DNA of 64,000 nt from the human T2T-CHM13v2.0 reference genome, Homo sapiens, in the NCBI RefSeq assembly GCF_009914755.1, contig NC_060926.1. One strand, written 5' to 3'. Below, in pieces: positions 41,571 to 57,112 of this stretch. The notes beneath the pieces are model-generated. The model saw nothing but the letters and a program-made list of their open reading frames with translations. It was not told the DNA's origin and searched no databases. Positions within the stretch are counted from its first letter, which is position 1, and each line of letters begins with the position of its first letter. Position numbers and translations under genes: made by a program.

Positions 41571-42891
41571 TGTGCAAGGTTGGATAAGGTGGATCCAAAT
41601 CAAGTGAGAAATGGAACCCAGAGCTAGACTGACTTGGGGCTTTCAGCAATTCCCTCCCCACCCTCAGGAAAGGGATGGGCTACATCAAGGCCTGTTCCTT
41701 TAGTGTATCCACGCACTCCTTTAGCGAGTGCCTCCTCTTCCTGTTCCAACTTGCCTCCATCCATTCACTTCTCATTCTTGTCTCTGCTCATCAGTTCACA
41801 GCAGTTTTATGCCTGTTTTGCTTAGGAAATTGTCTCTGGTTCCCTTTTGCTCCTAACACTGTCTACTTCCCTGCCTAGCATGGTCTCAGTCAGTGGCCTT
41901 CTGCTGCCCAGGACAGGAGTTTAGACTTCCTTGGGGGGACATTACCCTGCCTACCTCACTCACTTTGCAACTCCCTTGCTTCATATAATAGTCCCAAGCT
42001 TGCTGACTATTTTTCCAGAGAGGGAAAATGAACACAAGGCTAGATGTTTGTCGTTCTATTTCTTTTCATCTCATAAACTTTAGAGCATCACTAAGCAGTG
42101 GGATGTTCCTTTCATCGTCCACCTCTTTGCTTCAAACATATGTAAAGAATGAATATATGTGACGTCTCTTAGTCCATGGCCAGTGGGCCAATATGGTCTC
42201 CCCTTGGTCATCCAGTCCAGATGTCACCTGAGCTTCCTGCCTTTTGGAGATGTGGTTGAACCTGACTGAACCCAACTTCTTTGACCTGTGTCAGCCCAGA
42301 GCCCTCCTCCCCAGGCTCTCTGCAGATTCCCATGGTTTCTCTCTGTTTCGGCAACTCTGCTCTGCAGAAGACCATGCCACCCTGCTCCCAATCTGGATGC
42401 AGAACTCTGTTTCTCCCTAAGAAAGCCATGTACACCAAGACTTTCATGGTTTTTTGTCAACTGCCATTGACACTTTGGGGACCCCAGGGAGGGGTCATGC
42501 TGTTGGCCATCTTTCCTTTTCCATCTTATCTGCCCCACTTACCTTCTCCTCTCCTCTCTGCTTAAGCCTCCTCCACTGTCCCTTTGCAACCAAGACATGT
42601 CTCTGTTTGTCTTGCGCAAGATGGTTTTGGCCAATATGGGAGGTCCCTTTTTGGATGGACACTAATTCACCAAAAGTCAACTCACTGGATGATCAGAGTC
42701 CAGGATTATAAAGTGGCATGGCAGAGGTTATGCTGTGGTGTTTGTGTGGGGATGTTGGACGTCAGTGTTTCATGCCTTTCACATTCCAGAGGCTGAGCTC
42801 TATGCTGGCGACCAACAAGTTGCACCTGAGGGGGCAGTTTGCCATCCTCTGGGAATACTTATGCCTAAGGCAGACCCATGTACTCTATGTC

Positions 42892-43659
<768 letters not shown>

Positions 43660-44110
43660 TGTCTAGGGTTGCATGGTGTGCCTGCTTCTATGTGGCAGGC
43701 TGAGAACACTGTCTATAAAGTAGAGAGAACCTGTGCTGGGGTAAAGTGGTGAGTGAGCAAAGCCATTCTTTCACATCTGGAGTATTAAACAGTTTCAACA
43801 ACCAACTATCTGCAGTGTGAACTGTGCTTAAAATATTCATTTGATGTAGCTACTTCACACCTCCTTAGTTTATGTGATAGTGAGAAGTCAGAGGCCTGAG
43901 TGAAAATATGCTAGCAGTCAGAAATCTTGTTCCATGACCACAGAAGGCATCCCCCAACACCTGAAATCACAGCAATGAGAAATTCTCATCCCCAAAGGTC
44001 ATGAGACCAAACTGTGGAGAAAGCCACCAGCACACTTCACTCTGGTAGGATGCAGAGAAACAGCTGTGGCAAACTGCCGAGGGCCAGTCGTACAGTACTT
44101 GTCTGATAGT

Positions 44111-44200
44111 TGGGCAAATTGGTCATTCAGTGAATTAAACATTCAGCAGTTTGTGTTTTGGAGAATTAACTTTCTCTGAACTGGCTTTTGGCAAATACTC
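44111..44200 (+). repeat. Degenerate 15-16 nt periodic tract, MamRep605-like ancient repeat
   Basis: Units gggcaaattggtcatt / cagtgaattaaacatt / cagcagtttgtgttt / tggagaattaacttt / ctctgaactggcttt / tggcaaatact. Confidence 0.4.
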
Positions 44201-44312
44201 TACAGCCCACAGCTTCTATCCCAAGTGGCTTATTAAGGAATTTCTTCTAAATAAGTACAAGGCAATCCCTGTAAAGAATTCCTGTGAACACAGTTTGTAC
44301 CTAGTTCTTTAA

Positions 44313-44768
<456 letters not shown>

Positions 44769-45519
44769 CTGATGAGATTTCTTTGATGCAACCTGCTGGG
44801 GACACTCATCTCCTGGTTTCTAGGGTGCTCCCTGGGAGAACCCCTTGTGTTTGTAAGACAGCAGCCCCCCCCTCCCTCAATGGGAGACTTGGAATTCTAT
44901 GGTGAAAACGTCATTTCTTTTAGCTTTCCCCTTAATGTTGTTACGGAATGAAAGCATCTCTTTCCCTAAGGTGTGGAGTGGATGCTGCTTTGATTGGCTT
45001 CCCTGTTCCCCCACAACAGGGCTCTGGCATGACACTGTCATGTTGTCACTTCTTCTGAAGGCTGCCGTCACTTGCCTTTACAGCCTGGTCTCTCCTGTTA
45101 GGGGGAATTAGGTGGCTTCGCCCCACATGGGCCCCTCTGTGTTCACCACTACGGCCTTTGAGGCCAGCCAGGGATGGATCTGGTGCTGGCTTCATGGCAG
45201 CAGGAGACTGTTGGCTTGTCTGGGTCCCCTCCCTGCCCTTTTTGCTCTGAGCCACTTAGCGGCCTGTGTTGGGAAAGCCTTTGTGAAGGGTCCAGCGTGG
45301 GGGACCCTCCCACAGGGCGGCTGCTTTGTCCTTCTCCTCTGTTCTCCGTGCTGCTGCCTTTAGGAAGGCAGTGCCCTCTGTATCCTTCTAGCAGACCTGC
45401 CTCTTTACAACAACACTGGGCTTCCACTGTGACCCTCCCATTGTTCAGTGCAGGCCCACCGAGCTTTATTACTGATGAATAGAAGATTTTTTTTTTAATT
45501 CTACCTAGAAACTCCACAC

Positions 45520-45950
45520 TTCATTCAGTATTTATTGATGGCTTATTGTGTGCCCAGCACTGTGCTCCATGCTGTGAGAGACACAAAAGAGGATAAGCTG
45601 GATTCAGTCCAAAGAGAGGTGACTGTCTCAGTAGGGACATGAGACTAATGGACTGGGGACATGGAGGTGTATGGAACAGGAATCAATAACAAGCCACAGG
45701 CGGAGGTAAACACTGAGGGCTTCAGAGAAAAGGTAGCATGGTGGGTTGTGGGGATCGTGGGGATAGTGGAGGCCTGGTGGGGAAGGGGATTGGATTTAAA
45801 CGGGGCCTTGTGGGAGGGAAGGGATTTGGGTACACTAAAGAGGAGGAAAGGCATCAAGCAGGAATTGGGAGAGTGGCAGGAATAGCCTTGCAGAGGTAGG
45901 AATGAGTGTGCCAGGTCATGTGAAGGACTGGGCAGAAAACAATTTGACTT
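45520..45950 (-). mobile_element. L2 fragment
   Basis: ttcattcagtatttattgatggcttattgtgtgcccagcactgtgct. Confidence 0.65.
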
Positions 45951-46939
45951 GATGGAAGCTGCTCTTCACAATCATTTGGCAGTGATGATGATTTCGTCGA
46001 AAATACATGTCACTTTTTTTTTGCAATTTTTGGTAACATTTGAACATAATTGGGGTAGTTTTGCAACAACTTGTGTGTCCCTGAGAATTTCCTGATTTTT
46101 TTTCACAATTTTATTTTTCTTACTTTTTTCTTTGTATTTATAGTAAATCTTTAGCCATTCATTCCCTCCTCTGTACTCTTTAGAACAGGGACGATTTGAG
46201 TCACTGTAGATGTCCAAAGAGAGGTGCTGGAAAAATCTATGAGATAAAAATGGATGCACATATCTGTGTAAGGAAAGGACACACTCCAAGGTGCTTTACT
46301 GATTGTCTCTGAGTGGGTAGAATGAGGAGTATTCTTTATCTTTTTCTTTTTGCTTGTCTATGTATTCACATTTCTTTCATAAAAGTGGATGGCATTTGTA
46401 AAAGGAAAACAACAACAAGAAGAAAGCCAATCAGCAAAAGAAATTGCAAAAGAAAATTATCTGGAATTTTTCAGGGCTTGGAGTTTCTTGTCATACAGTT
46501 TTGAATTAATTTAAAGCCAATTATGCCTGCTCTGCTGCTTTGGCTATGCTTTCAGTTTTGTCCACTGTTTGAAGGATTTAAAACTTGCATTCTGGCCAGC
46601 CTGCTTTCAGCCAGATTGTCTTCTGCCCAGTCACCAGGGCTGGTGATGGACAGCTAGAGCGAGCAGCCAGGAATGGACAGAGCGGCGGCCACTTCTGCGA
46701 TGCCTTTGGAAAGGTCTTAGTGGGACACAATTCTGCCGTGTGTCAGAATCACCAGGGGATCCCTCCAAGCCCTCACTTGCCTAGAGACTTGGATCCACTA
46801 GTATTTTTGGGGATGAATTTTTTAAGAAGGCCACCCAAAGGATTCCCACATGCAGCCAAGGAGGAGACCCACCGAGCTAATTCCTTTCTGGCTCATTCTT
46901 CAACTTCTCCATTGGATCAAACCATTCTGCCTTCTCTAG

Positions 46940-47130
46940 GGTGAATTTCTCAGTGTGCTGCAGAGACCTTTGCATAGAATCATCTGGGAAGCCTGCCCAA
47001 CAGGCAGATCCTTGTGTCCCACTCAGACCCACTGAGTCAAGACCTCTGGGTATTGAACCCAAGGATCTGAACTTTAAAACTCTTCAGTAATCCTTTTGTG
47101 CTGTCGTTGAAAACTTGGAAACTTACTGTA
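46940..47130. mobile_element. MER5A/MER5A1-like hAT-Charlie MITE
   Basis: tgcatagaatcatctgggaagc...cagatccttgtgtcccactcagacccactgagtcaag. Confidence 0.6.
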
Positions 47131-48084
47131 GTCTTCTGTCTTTCACTGGCTGCCTTTTTAATTTTTTTTTTGCTCTTTCTGTTCACACCCATTTCTACAT
47201 AGCACATTGATTTTGTCAGTCCTTTATGGGATGAGCATTTCCAAGGCCCAATTTTACATCTGGTAACCACTACTTTTTAAAACCACTTTTCTTCTAGAGG
47301 CATTATAACAATGTGAAACTGTGTAAATTGGGTAGAAAGATATGTTTTTTTAGATGAATATGTCTATTTTATAATTGAGGCCATTATTGGTATATATTTC
47401 CCCATTATAAAAGTAATATGTTTTTATTATACACATTTGAAAAACGCAGAAAAGGAGAAATTGGAATGAGAAAATTGCTCACATTCCCACCGCTCAAAGA
47501 CAACAACTTTCTACAATTCAATGCATTTCTTTTTAGTCTTTCTTTTTCTGATACATACAACTTTTTTTTTCAATCGTGATCATATTGTGGAAGTTGGACG
47601 TTATGGGCTTATGTTTATAGACTGACTTTAGTTACTGAAGGTAAGCTATAATTGTATCTAATAAGAAACTTTGTGAACTTTTACTGTGGTGTTATAATTG
47701 CTTTTCTCAATAAGAGAGGAGGGGTATTCACACTGCGGTTCCCATCAAAGTAGAAGAAATGAAGAGCTGAGTGGGGCACAGGCTTTTCTGGGACAAGATC
47801 CTTCCCACATTACTTCTCGTTAATGAGAAGAAGCAAGGCTGGTGAATTAATGATTTAGTCACATAGGTTTGGAAATCACGTTTATTACAGAAAATTGTAT
47901 TTGTTCACTTAAGTTATAAAATACGTTGGTTAGAGGAAACTGAATTTGTTAACTTAAGCTGTAAAATGACCTCACCAGCTGTGTGTTAATTTAAACCACT
48001 GGTATATATACTGAGTGGGTTCTATTGCTGGTTATATAGTCTCAGAAGCTCGGTGGTTTATTCACAGGGGTGAAGGAACTGTAA

Positions 48085-48416
<332 letters not shown>

Positions 48417-48837
48417 CAAAGTTTTATTTCTTACTCATGCAGTAGTCCATAATGGCATGGCATGGGGTCTGTGTCAGCCCCTCTTTGCTCAGGGGCCCAG
48501 GGTTCACCATTTGCAATGTCTTCATTTGCCTGAGCTGGGGGAAGGACAGATGGAGAAACACACAAGGTTTTAAATACTGATATTTTATTTGCCAATAAAT
48601 AGCAAGACTCATGGCTTTGCCAACCCTCAAGAGGATGGGTCATAATCCCCTCTATGCCTGGAAGTGGATATTGAACCACACATCAGTGAACAGAAGTCTG
48701 TCTATGACATTTGGGTCTCACTCTCTTTGTGGACTGAAAGTAACTAGAGTGCCTCCACAGATTCAAATCCAACACAGCACAAAGCCTTGTTCTTTCATAT
48801 TTGTGGTTTATTGACTGTTGTTTCCTGTCTTCCTTAT

Positions 48838-49078
48838 TTATTTTAGACATGTTTAAATACACAAATACTTACCATTGTGTTACAACTGCCTACTGTATTC
48901 AGTACAGAAACATACTGTATCGGTTGATAGCCTAGGAGCTATAGGCTGTACCATCTAGCCTAGGTGTGTATATAGTAGGCACAAACCATCTAGGTTTGCA
49001 CAAGAAATTCTATGTTGTTTGTACAATGCTGAAATGCGTTTCTCAGAACACTTCCTGTCATTAAGTGATAAGTAACTA
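48838..49078 (+). mobile_element. Tigger3-family 3' fragment
   Basis: Clearly homologous to 11140-11386 (aatacttaccattgtgttaca...gcctaggagc...tttctcagaac...ctgtcattaag). Confidence 0.88.
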
Positions 49079-50225
49079 CTACTTTCTATAACAAGATATT
49101 TCCAATTTCTCCCTCTAATTCCTTATAACATAATTTTACTTACCCACAAGCTATATCATTATTATAGTGATAGTATTGTTACCATGTTTGTTACTGTTGC
49201 AACTATCACTGTTACTATTGTTATTATTGTTACTGTTATTTTGAACAAAGAATTGCTTATCTGATCAATTAAGAATAAGAAAAATAAAATACTTTACCTT
49301 CATTTATTCCTTCTTTGGTGCTCTTTCTTTATCTAGATCCAAGTTTCTGATCTATATCATTTTCCTTCTCTCTGAAGGACTTTTTTTAAAAAAAACATTT
49401 CTTGTAGGGCAGATATGCTGGTGATGAATTTTGTTTGTCTTAGAAAGTCTTTATTTCTCCTTAAGTTTTGAAGGATGACTTCCCTGGATCCAGAATTCTA
49501 GGTTGGTGGTGTTTTCCTTTCAACACTCGGAATATCTTCTTCCACTCTTCTTGATTGCATGGGTTCTGATGAAAGTTCTGTGGTAATTCTTATACTGTTC
49601 ATTTATAGGAAAGATTCTCCCCCAACTCCTCTGGCTTCTTTCAAGATTTTGTCTTTGTCTTTGGTTTTCTGCAGCTTGAATATGATATACCTAGTGTAGA
49701 TTTGTTTTTTTTTATATTTGTCCTGTTTGGTGTTCTCTGAACTTACTGAATCTGTGGTTTAGTATCTATCATTAATTTTGCAAAATGCTTGGCCATTATT
49801 ACTTCAATATTTCTTCTGTTCCATTCTCTCTCCTTCACCTGGCATTTCAGTTATGCATTGGTCATACCATTTGAAATTGTCCCACAGTTCTTGAAAATTC
49901 TTTTGTGTTTTAAAAATTCTTTTTGGATTTCAGTTTGGGAAGTTCCTATGGACATATCTTCCAGCTCACTGATTCTTCCCTCAGCTGTGTCCAGTCTGTT
50001 GGTGAGCTCATCAAAGGCATTCTTCATTTCTGTTGTAGTGCTTTTTATTGACAGCATTTCCTTTTGATCGTTTCTTGGTGTCACTATCCCTCTGCTTATA
50101 TTACGCATCTATTTTGCATGTTGCCTGTTTTTTTTCCCATTAGAGCCTTTACCACGTTAATCACAGTTATTTTAAATTTCCTATTGATAATTCCAAAATC
50201 TGTGCATATCTGAGTCTGGTTCTGA

Positions 50226-50519
<294 letters not shown>

Positions 50520-51100
50520 TGATTCTTGTTTTGTTCCCTCAGCTGTTTTTTCTTGTTTTTTTTTTAGCATGTCTTTCTATTTTTTTTGTTGTAAGCCAGA
50601 CATGATGTATTGGGTAACAGAAATTGAGGTAAACAGGCCATTAGTGGGAGGTTTTATGTTCATATTGCTAGAATTTGGGCTGTGTTTAATGTTTGCCATA
50701 GCTGTGGATGCAAGAGACTTCTAATTCCCCTCGTTTTCTTTCTTTTTTTTTTTTTCATTCATTTTCTTTGGATTTCCCAAGAGCCTACTTCTTAAATAGA
50801 ATGTGGACCTTGCAGCTCTTTCAGTTGTAATCCCTGCTGTTACACTGAGGCCCTGTTGCTGTGGTGGTAAGGAGTGGGGAAGGGGAGGTGTTCTACAATT
50901 TCATGAATAAATTTCAGTCCCTAGCAGGCCCGTATCCCTGGGATGTTACCTTCACATGTGTTTCTTAGCTTTTTGTTCCCTCCTTGGGTAAGACAGGAAG
51001 GCTGGAGGGGGCTGGAGTTAGTTGGGTAAGGCTCTGGTTTCTTCTGCTGGGGAGTAAGTCTTTGTTATGGAGAATTCTCTGGACTATTTAAAAATGGTTA

Positions 51101-51570
<470 letters not shown>

Positions 51571-52705
51571 TTACTCACTGCATCCACACTCAGCCTTTCA
51601 GCACCTCTTCAGAATCACCACTGAAGTGATTCTGCAGATTCGGTTTCACTGAAGTGAAACTGCCTACCAGTTTATGGCTGCAGCGGCTTCTGCTCCAGGT
51701 ACGCTGATGTCAGAACACAATCTCAACTCACCTGTCTCTCCAGATTTTACAGTAGCAGTTTGCCCTGCAACCTCAATTCTCTGATAGGTGTAAGAAAAGC
51801 CATTGGTTTTCAGTTTGTTCAGCTGTTTTCGTGTTGTAAGGATGGGAGGAATGACTTCCAAGTTCTTTACATGTTGGAGTGAAAACTGGAAGTTCTTTAA
51901 ATACAATTTTTAGCATAAAAAGGATAAATCAGAAAATTTCAGAAAATTATGTGGCATCACATAATTCTTGTAAGAATACCTATATAGAACATTTCTGCAC
52001 ATTTACCTCTTTGTATATTTGTGGATAAAGTTTGCTCAGGATGCATATCCCCCTGTCAGGACTGCAATCAAGGTGGGATCAGGGTTGGTGGGGGAGGATT
52101 CTACTTTTTATACCTCACAATGTGTGACTTTAAAATAATAAAGATATTATCTCAATAAAACCACTTGAAATAAAAGGATTTGGCACCACAGAAGAAGCAA
52201 AGGCATGTAATTTGAGGAAAAGCCAATGGGATAGGTTGGATTGCATGGTTTCAAGAGAGGCTGGACACTGACTACAGATGATGCTAATGATGACCATTGG
52301 CTTTTGCTGCTGCTCATGGTGAGGCAAGTCCCCTGCAAGTGGTTCTGTGGTCCGTCAGTAATTTCATTGTCGTGCTGGGATTCCCATGCCCATCTGCAGA
52401 TGAAGATCCTGAAGCTCGTGCTGGTGAAGTAACTTGCTCATAATGAGACAGGGAGAAAACTCAAGGGAGTGATGGAAAATTGGGCATCCAGTCAGGTAGG
52501 GTGACTGGATCCTTCACCACAGGCTGGAGAATTTGCTGCATTTAAAGCAAAGACATGTGTGCCCAGAGGGTGCCAGGCAGCTTCCCCCAAACTCTTGACC
52601 CTGGGTCTGATCTTGCTTGCGTGTCCCTGCTGAGGTGCTGCCAGCTGGGGAGGAGTGAGGAGGCTACTCAGGTGGGACACTGGGCCAGGTACCTGTGGTG
52701 CAGGC

Positions 52706-52887
52706 CATTGCTTCTCCAGGTGTAGCCTGGGGACCAGCTGCATGCCTGGGAACTCATGAGAAACACAAATTCTAGGACCCCACCATAGACCTATCAAAGC
52801 AGAAACTCTGTGGGTGGCACTCAGAGATCTGTGTTTCGATCAGCTTTCCAGAGGATTCTGGTGCTGTCTCACATTTGAGAACCATTG
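52706..52887. mobile_element. MER5A hAT-Charlie MITE
   Basis: cattgcttctcca...caaattctaggaccccaccatagaccta..aagcagaaactctg...tttgagaaccattg. Confidence 0.8.
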
Positions 52888-53460
52888 GTGAAGATGATGG
52901 CCATGGGGAAGAACTGCCTGCAGTCATCTTCAGGCTCAGCAAGAGACTCAGGAGGAGGAAAGTCTAGAGGCTGTTCTTGGTAGAAGAGATGAGTGTCAGT
53001 TCAGTGGGTGTCGAGGAAAGTCTTTTGTCTTTGGCCTTTTCTCCAGATCAACTTCTCCTTTCTTTAGCTTTGGAAGGATAGGAATTATTTATGATACATC
53101 ATAAACATCTATATAATAAAGTAGATTTTATATAATATATATTATATTGCATATAATATATAATGTATATTATACATGCTATAGTTATATATACACATAC
53201 GTTCATACACACGTATGTGTGTGTGTAGGTTGAGGGGTATGCAAAGACTCTCCTTAACCAAACTTGTGTCAGGCTCCTCCGAGCCCCTTCTCAGCTAGGC
53301 CCAGGCTTGGGTTCTATCCTTGGCCTGCTTAGTCTAGTGGTAGCAAAAATCCTGCTGGGCCAGTTGAGTGAGAATCCGCCACCCTTGATAGCTCATTAAA
53401 TTCCTCACCAAATTCCCACCCTCAGTATCTGATTGCCCTGGCCTGTCTTCAGCAATGCTT

Positions 53461-54438
53461 AGAAACTACCATCAGAGTGAACAGGCAACCTACAGAATGG
53501 GAGAAAATTTTTGCAATCTACTCATCTGACAAAGGGCTAATATTCAGAATCTACAATGAACTCAAACAAATTTACAAGAAAAAAACAAACAACCCCATCA
53601 ACAAGTGGGCAAAGGATATGAAAAGATACGTCTCAAAAGAAGACATCTATGCAACCAAAAGACACATGAAAAAATGCTCATCATCACTGGCCATCAGAGA
53701 AATGCAAATCAAAACCACAATGAGATACCATCTCACACCAGTTAGAATGGCAATCATTAAAAAGTCAGGAAACAACAGGTGCTGGAGAGGATGTGGAGAA
53801 ACAGGAAAAATTTTACACTGTTGGTGGGACTGTAAACTAGTTCAACCATTGTGGAAGTCAGTGTGGCGATTCCTTAAGGATCTAGAACTAGAAATACCAT
53901 TTGACCCAGCCATCCCATTACTGGGTATATACCCAAAGGATTATAAATCATGCTGCTATAAAGACACATGCACACGTATGTTTATTGCGGCACTATTCAC
54001 AATAGCAAAGACTTGGAACCAACCCAAATGTCCAACAATGATAGACTGGATTAAGAAAATATGGCACATAAACACCATGGAATGCTATACAGCCATAAAA
54101 AATGATGAGTTCACGTCCTTTGTAGGGACATAGATGAAGCTGGAAACCATCATTCTCAGCAAACTATTGCAAAGACAAAAAACCAAACACCGTGTGTTCT
54201 CACTCATAGGTGGGGAGTGAACAATGAGAACACATGCACACAGGAAAGGGAACATCACACACCAGGGCCTGTAGTGGGGTAGGGGGAGTGGGGAGGGATA
54301 GCATTAGGAGATATACCTAATGTTAAATGACGAGTTAATGGGTGCAGCACACCAGCATGGCACATGTATACATATGTAACAAACCTGCATGTTGTGCACA
54401 TGTACCCTAAAACTTAAAGTATAATAATAATAAAAAAA
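53461..54438 (+). mobile_element. 5'-truncated L1PA (L1PA3/4-like), about 1 kb: ORF2 end, 3'UTR, A-rich tail
   Basis: Near-consensus primate L1; 3'UTR ggagatatacctaatgttaaatgacgagttaatggg is not the L1HS-Ta form; ends aacttaaagtataataataataaaaaaa. Confidence 0.95.
53477..54133 (+). pseudogene. LINE-1 ORF2p C-terminal (Cys-rich) remnant
   Basis: [12 protein letters not shown]...CWRGCGE...[13 protein letters not shown]...; lacks EN/RT domains; premature TAG at 54131 where consensus has Trp (GTWMKLE). Confidence 0.92.
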
Positions 54439-54708
54439 GAAGTGGTTTAGCCAGTGTCCTGGCTACCCCTGAAGTTTCCTCTTAGTAGTTTTTCATCCCG
54501 AACCCCGTCCCTGCTTCTTGGCTGTAAGTCCCCACTTGTTCTTGTTCTATTTGGAGTTGAGCCCAATTTCTCTCCCCCACTGACAAGCCCTACTGCAGTA
54601 GTTCTTTCTTGAATAAAGTCTTCCTCATCATCTTTAAAAAGTGTCATGAATAAGTTTGCTTTGACTACATGTAATCATAAAAGTTTCAACACCTTCCAAA
54701 GCTAAAGC

Positions 54709-54747
54709 TGTGTGTGTGTGTGTGTATGTGTGTGTGTGTGTGTGTGT
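54709..54747 (+). repeat. (TG)n microsatellite with one interruption
   Basis: tgtgtgtgtgtgtgtgtatgtgtgtgtgtgtgtgtgtg. Confidence 0.93.
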
Positions 54748-55519
54748 AAAACTCCAATTGGTTCCTGGGACAGTTGGATCAGTTTATTCTTCTGCCAAGA
54801 ATGTATTATATTGCCCATCTCATTACATCTTCATTGAAAATGAGCATTTCATGCTAAATTTTTATACCAAAACATTTTCTTCTATTGTCTTAATTTATAT
54901 TTATTTGATTCCCTGTGGAGGTACTTTCCCTTATGCTTATTTATTAATTACTGTTCTCTTTCTAAACTGTTCACATTCTTTGTGCTTTTTTCAATTTGTA
55001 TCAGTTTTAAATATTATGGATTAAGCATACATACTTCATTTTCACTACATATATTTTCAGTAGGATATCCTCATTTTTTTCACTTCTGAGTTCTATTCCT
55101 CTAAACTTAGAAATTTCTTCCTTTTTGTATGTTTAACACGTGTTTAGTTCTGTTTTCTTGTAGTTTATCACTGTTTTGCTTTTAAAATATTTACTGTTTT
55201 AATCTGTTAATTCAGTTTTCAGTTTCTCTACCTTCGTGGCTTTTATTTTGACAAGTAAGTAATATCTTGGAAACATGCGTCTCAAAAGCATAAGAAGCAT
55301 TTTTTATTTGAGGAAGTCCTTCAGAAAATAAATATTTTATAATGCAAACACGATCTCTTCTAACTTGTGTGATTTCCACATTTGGATATTTTCTGCTGCA
55401 TTTTCACACTTAGAAGAGGCACAGAGCGGGAGGCAAACCTGGTATGAGAGTGGGCCCTGCTGCAGCCTCCTGGCTGAAATGGGGATCCTGGCACCTCTCC
55501 CTTTGGCATCAGGGTATTG

Positions 55520-55570
55520 AGACAGTGATTATGACAGCACCTTGGCAGTGATAAATGTGCCATAAAAATT
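55520..55570. promoter_or_regulatory. Candidate enhancer core with PBX/MEIS/HOX/NFI-type motif cluster
   Basis: TGATTATGACAG (55526-55537), TTGGCA (55542), TGATAAAT (55549), CCATAAAA (55560) in repeat-free sequence; motif evidence only. Confidence 0.3.
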
Positions 55571-57112
55571 GCAGGGGGTTGTGTTGCTGGCCCAACAGGT
55601 GCTGGCTACTGCAGGGGTGAACAAAGCAACCCTAACCTAGGAAGGCCCCCTCCCCCCGCCATGAGGATGCTGCAGTCATTCTCCCTCTCATCCCCATCCC
55701 CAACCCACACACCAGCTAAGAAGCAGTAAACATTTGGGGGAAATCTGGCTCATGATTATGGTACACTGAACGTAACAGGATGCAGAGAGCAAGTGGCGTG
55801 GGGGATGGGGGAGATGTCAGCAGCTAAAGTCTTCACCCACACATGACAGGAAAAAGCTTCCAGAAAACTCCCCTTTCCTATCCTCACCTCCCCTAACACA
55901 CTCACAAAGCCAGCTTCCGCCTGCAGGCAGAGGTCATGGTTTTTCCCATGTGAATCAGCTGTTCTAATGGGGCATATGAAAGAGAATTTCATTCCATGGG
56001 CACATCCTCAGATGCTCAGGGACAACAAAGCACCCTCTTAACCACTGATTGGAGGCAGGAATCTCAGCTGACATTTCCTGCTCTGCAGAGGCGGAGGCCC
56101 TGGGCCCTCTGTGGGAGGCAAGAGAAAGGTCTACATTATTAAGTGGTGGCTGTGCCCTGCAGCCCCTTTCCCAGCTGCAGACTACAAAGAAAGGCTCAGA
56201 TGTTCACATGCCTTTTGAACCTATCAGCGGGGCCATGGCAGAGAAGTTCAATGGAGACAGTGAGCCCTTAAGATGGAGGTGGCTGTGACTGAGTTGAACC
56301 AATGGAGGAGGATGAGAAGTCAGGTGGGGCCGGGGTGCAGGGACAGCATCAGAATGATGGGGCACAGCTCCTCTCCACAGAGGCTTAGAGTGTAACTGGG
56401 AGGACCCAAATTACATAGCGGAGATGGTACAAATGTGCCGAGGTACCATGTGGAGGCATGGACTCTAAGGGGCTGACAATTTAGACAAGCATGAGAAAAG
56501 AATGAGGAGGTTTTCGTGTTTGTGATTCACAGTTTATTCCTCTTTAAAAAAATTTATTGCTTTTTGGTAGTTCTAGTTTTTCTTCTTTCTATGTGTCTTC
56601 TTGACACCAGGTGTGACTGGTAATAAAATTCAAGGTGTAGAGGGAGAGATGCAGAGCATTTTAGCAAAACGATGCTAAAATGTATGCTAAGAGGAGGCAG
56701 AAGCAGTCGGAAGGGTGTGACTGTGATGGAGAGATGCCCCTCAGGGTTAGGCTCAGGGGTCTTCCTTTCTCTTTCCTCCTCTCCAACTACAGAATCTGCT
56801 CACTTCTCTCTCCAACTGACCCATCTTGAGTGGAACTCGATGAGACCAAAGAACTCATACCTGAAAAGAGCTGGGAAAAAGGCTGGGAACCAAAAGGATT
56901 CCAGAAAACCTCAGGGCCATGGGGAGAGGGAAGAGTGAGAGGTTCCACAAGGAGTAGCTTTTCCTGCACAGCTGTGGGGGAGAAGACCCTGGGCTTCTGA
57001 GAGCCACGAGGAAGGCTTGGATGGAGGCTGCAGGAGCAGGTGGCCAGAGGAGACTGGACGCCATCCCCACTTCCCACCCCCGTGGACCCTCAGTTAGAGA
57101 ACACCACTAGAA

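Larger units (their letters stand above)
53240..54667 (+). mobile_element. MER31-like ERV1 solo LTR, split by L1PA
   Basis: caaagactctccttaaccaaac...tcaggctcctc at left; ttggagttgagcccaatttctctccc...ttgaataaagtcttcct at right. Confidence 0.8.
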
